A DNA stretch of 64,000 nucleotides from Diplonema japonicum (taxonomy: Eukaryota; Protista; Euglenozoa: Diplonemea), in assembly GCA_964019335.1 (NCBI GenBank), contig OZ025757.1, positions 62,001-126,000 on the forward strand, in the 5' to 3' direction. Below the pieces are notes generated by a model, which saw only the letters and a program-made list of their open reading frames with translations, was not told the DNA's origin and searched no databases. This document shows positions 62,904 through 64,000 of this stretch, piece by piece; the stretch's first letter is position 1; each line of letters begins with the position of its first letter. The translations under genes and the position numbers were made by a program.

Positions 62904-64000
62904 TTATGTCAATGCCGAAACGTCTGTGAGGAGAGAAGATTCAGTGCGAGGGAACTCGGGGTCGGGCGACCTCATGGCGAAAACTCGGTGATGCCGTGGA
63001 GGGTTTACAACCGACTGCCGCCTTCGCTTCACCCTATCTGAAACAATCGAATCTGTCGAAGCAGTCACAGACAACTCCGAAAACGGCGCCCGGCACAATG
63101 GGGGGACTGTTCTTATCTCTTCTATAGGCGTGATGACAGGTGTTGCCAGCAGCGCAACCGACCGAGGAGCCTGGCTTGTAATCCCGATTTCAGCGACCAC
63201 CAATGCAGGAACTTGCCCCAAATTCTTGGCAATCGCTTCTTTAACAGCTTCCAACAACGCCGGTCTCGAAGGAGCTGACGACGGTAGTTTGCTTAAAACA
63301 TCAAATGCAGAATCATGATCGCCCGCCCAGTGAAATTTAATCGCTTTATTCAACGCACTCCACGGGTCTTGTTCTTGCTTGATAAGGTACATCCATTCTT
63401 GGTTCGCCTCGGACGGAACATGGCGCGACATAATCTCCCACACGACTATGGGCGCTGTACTGCCTCGTTTCCCGAAAACTATTTGTTCCAACGCCCTCAA
63501 GATGAACAGAGTCGCCGCATCCCTCACCACATTGTTGTCCGCAAGGATCTGAATTCCCCACCGATTCGCGAGCCTTTCGACAATATGCGTCCACACCGCT
63601 GTCCCGCTAATGTAATTATACCGTTTCAACCCTTCACAACCAAGATTTCCCACCAACGCCACCCCGGTCGCAAGCCCTATCGTAACATTGACGATTTTAA
63701 CAGAACTGTGGGTCGCTGAGTTGTTCGCGATTATCGTTTGGATTCTACACGAAGCTTTCAAAGCTTCAAGCCGATGCCCGCCTTTTGTAAAATACCCATA
63801 CACCCTGTCACCCTTGAAATCAGTGAAACCCCTGCTGTTGGATATGACAGATGTGAATGTGGTGAGGACGGCACGATGGGTAGCCTCCAGATCCGAGATG
63901 TCCAGATTTTTCACAAGACCCAGGAAATTGTTCACGCTTCCTTCCAGAAGAGTAACCTCCCGTTTCTTCAAAACAGGTGGGATCGACTCCATAAGTGTAA
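62904..64000 (-). CDS. class III adenylate/guanylate cyclase-like protein, 3' part (5' end may lie beyond window)
   Basis: DFKGDRV, IGLATGVALVGNLG..RYNYISG, WEIM..EWMY motifs. Confidence 0.72.
   Translation of the reverse strand, partial: TLMESIPPVLKKREVTLLEGSVNNFLGLVKNLDISDLEATHRAVLTTFTSVISNSRGFTDFKGDRVYGYFTKGGHRLEALKASCRIQTIIANNSATHSSVKIVNVTIGLATGVALVGNLGCEGLKRYNYISGTAVWTHIVERLANRWGIQILADNNVVRDAATLFILRALEQIVFGKRGSTAPIVVWEIMSRHVPSEANQEWMYLIKQEQDPWSALNKAIKFHWAGDHDSAFDVLSKLPSSAPSRPALLEAVKEAIAKNLGQVPALVVAEIGITSQAPRSVALLATPVITPIEEIRTVPPLCRAPFSELSVTASTDSIVSDRVKRRRQSVVNPPRHHRVFAMRSPDPEFPRTESSLLTDVSALT

Noticed and set aside
19-63719. Long plus-strand ORFs (e.g. 3361-4155, 6424-7215, 43079-43678)
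   Set aside because: Antisense shadows of minus-strand genes with no recognisable motifs.

Overview
This is eukaryotic nuclear DNA, most likely from a euglenozoan (diplomenid-type rather than trypanosomatid). The evidence is a BILBO1-like protein, LRR-DSP phosphatases, an MLRR-type mitochondrial presequence, GTRTG intron donors, and all 29 protein-coding genes lying on the minus strand with spacers as short as 63 bp (a directional, probably polycistronic cluster). Non-coding DNA is built almost entirely from A, T, G and C homopolymer runs. I reconstructed 14 GT-AG introns that restore open frames in 8 genes. Twelve are only 36-53 nt, and most of these carry a poly(A) tract where the polypyrimidine tract should be, whereas the gene-to-gene spacers keep a U-tract. 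This suggests an unusual splice-acceptor code that may separate cis- from trans-splicing, and it is the main candidate for an undescribed system. Other highlights are three ~1.8-kb piggyBac-type elements (one with a deleted transposase, two carrying captured LINE or host-gene cargo), chimeric LRR genes apparently built from their two neighbours, a kinase-LRR-phosphatase gene pair with different introns, a double-NTD BILBO1-like protein, a DEG/ENaC-like channel, a TDRD9/Spindle-E-like helicase and a secreted LanC-like protein. All family assignments come from motif recognition by eye. No searches were run, and homopolymer lengths may be imprecise.
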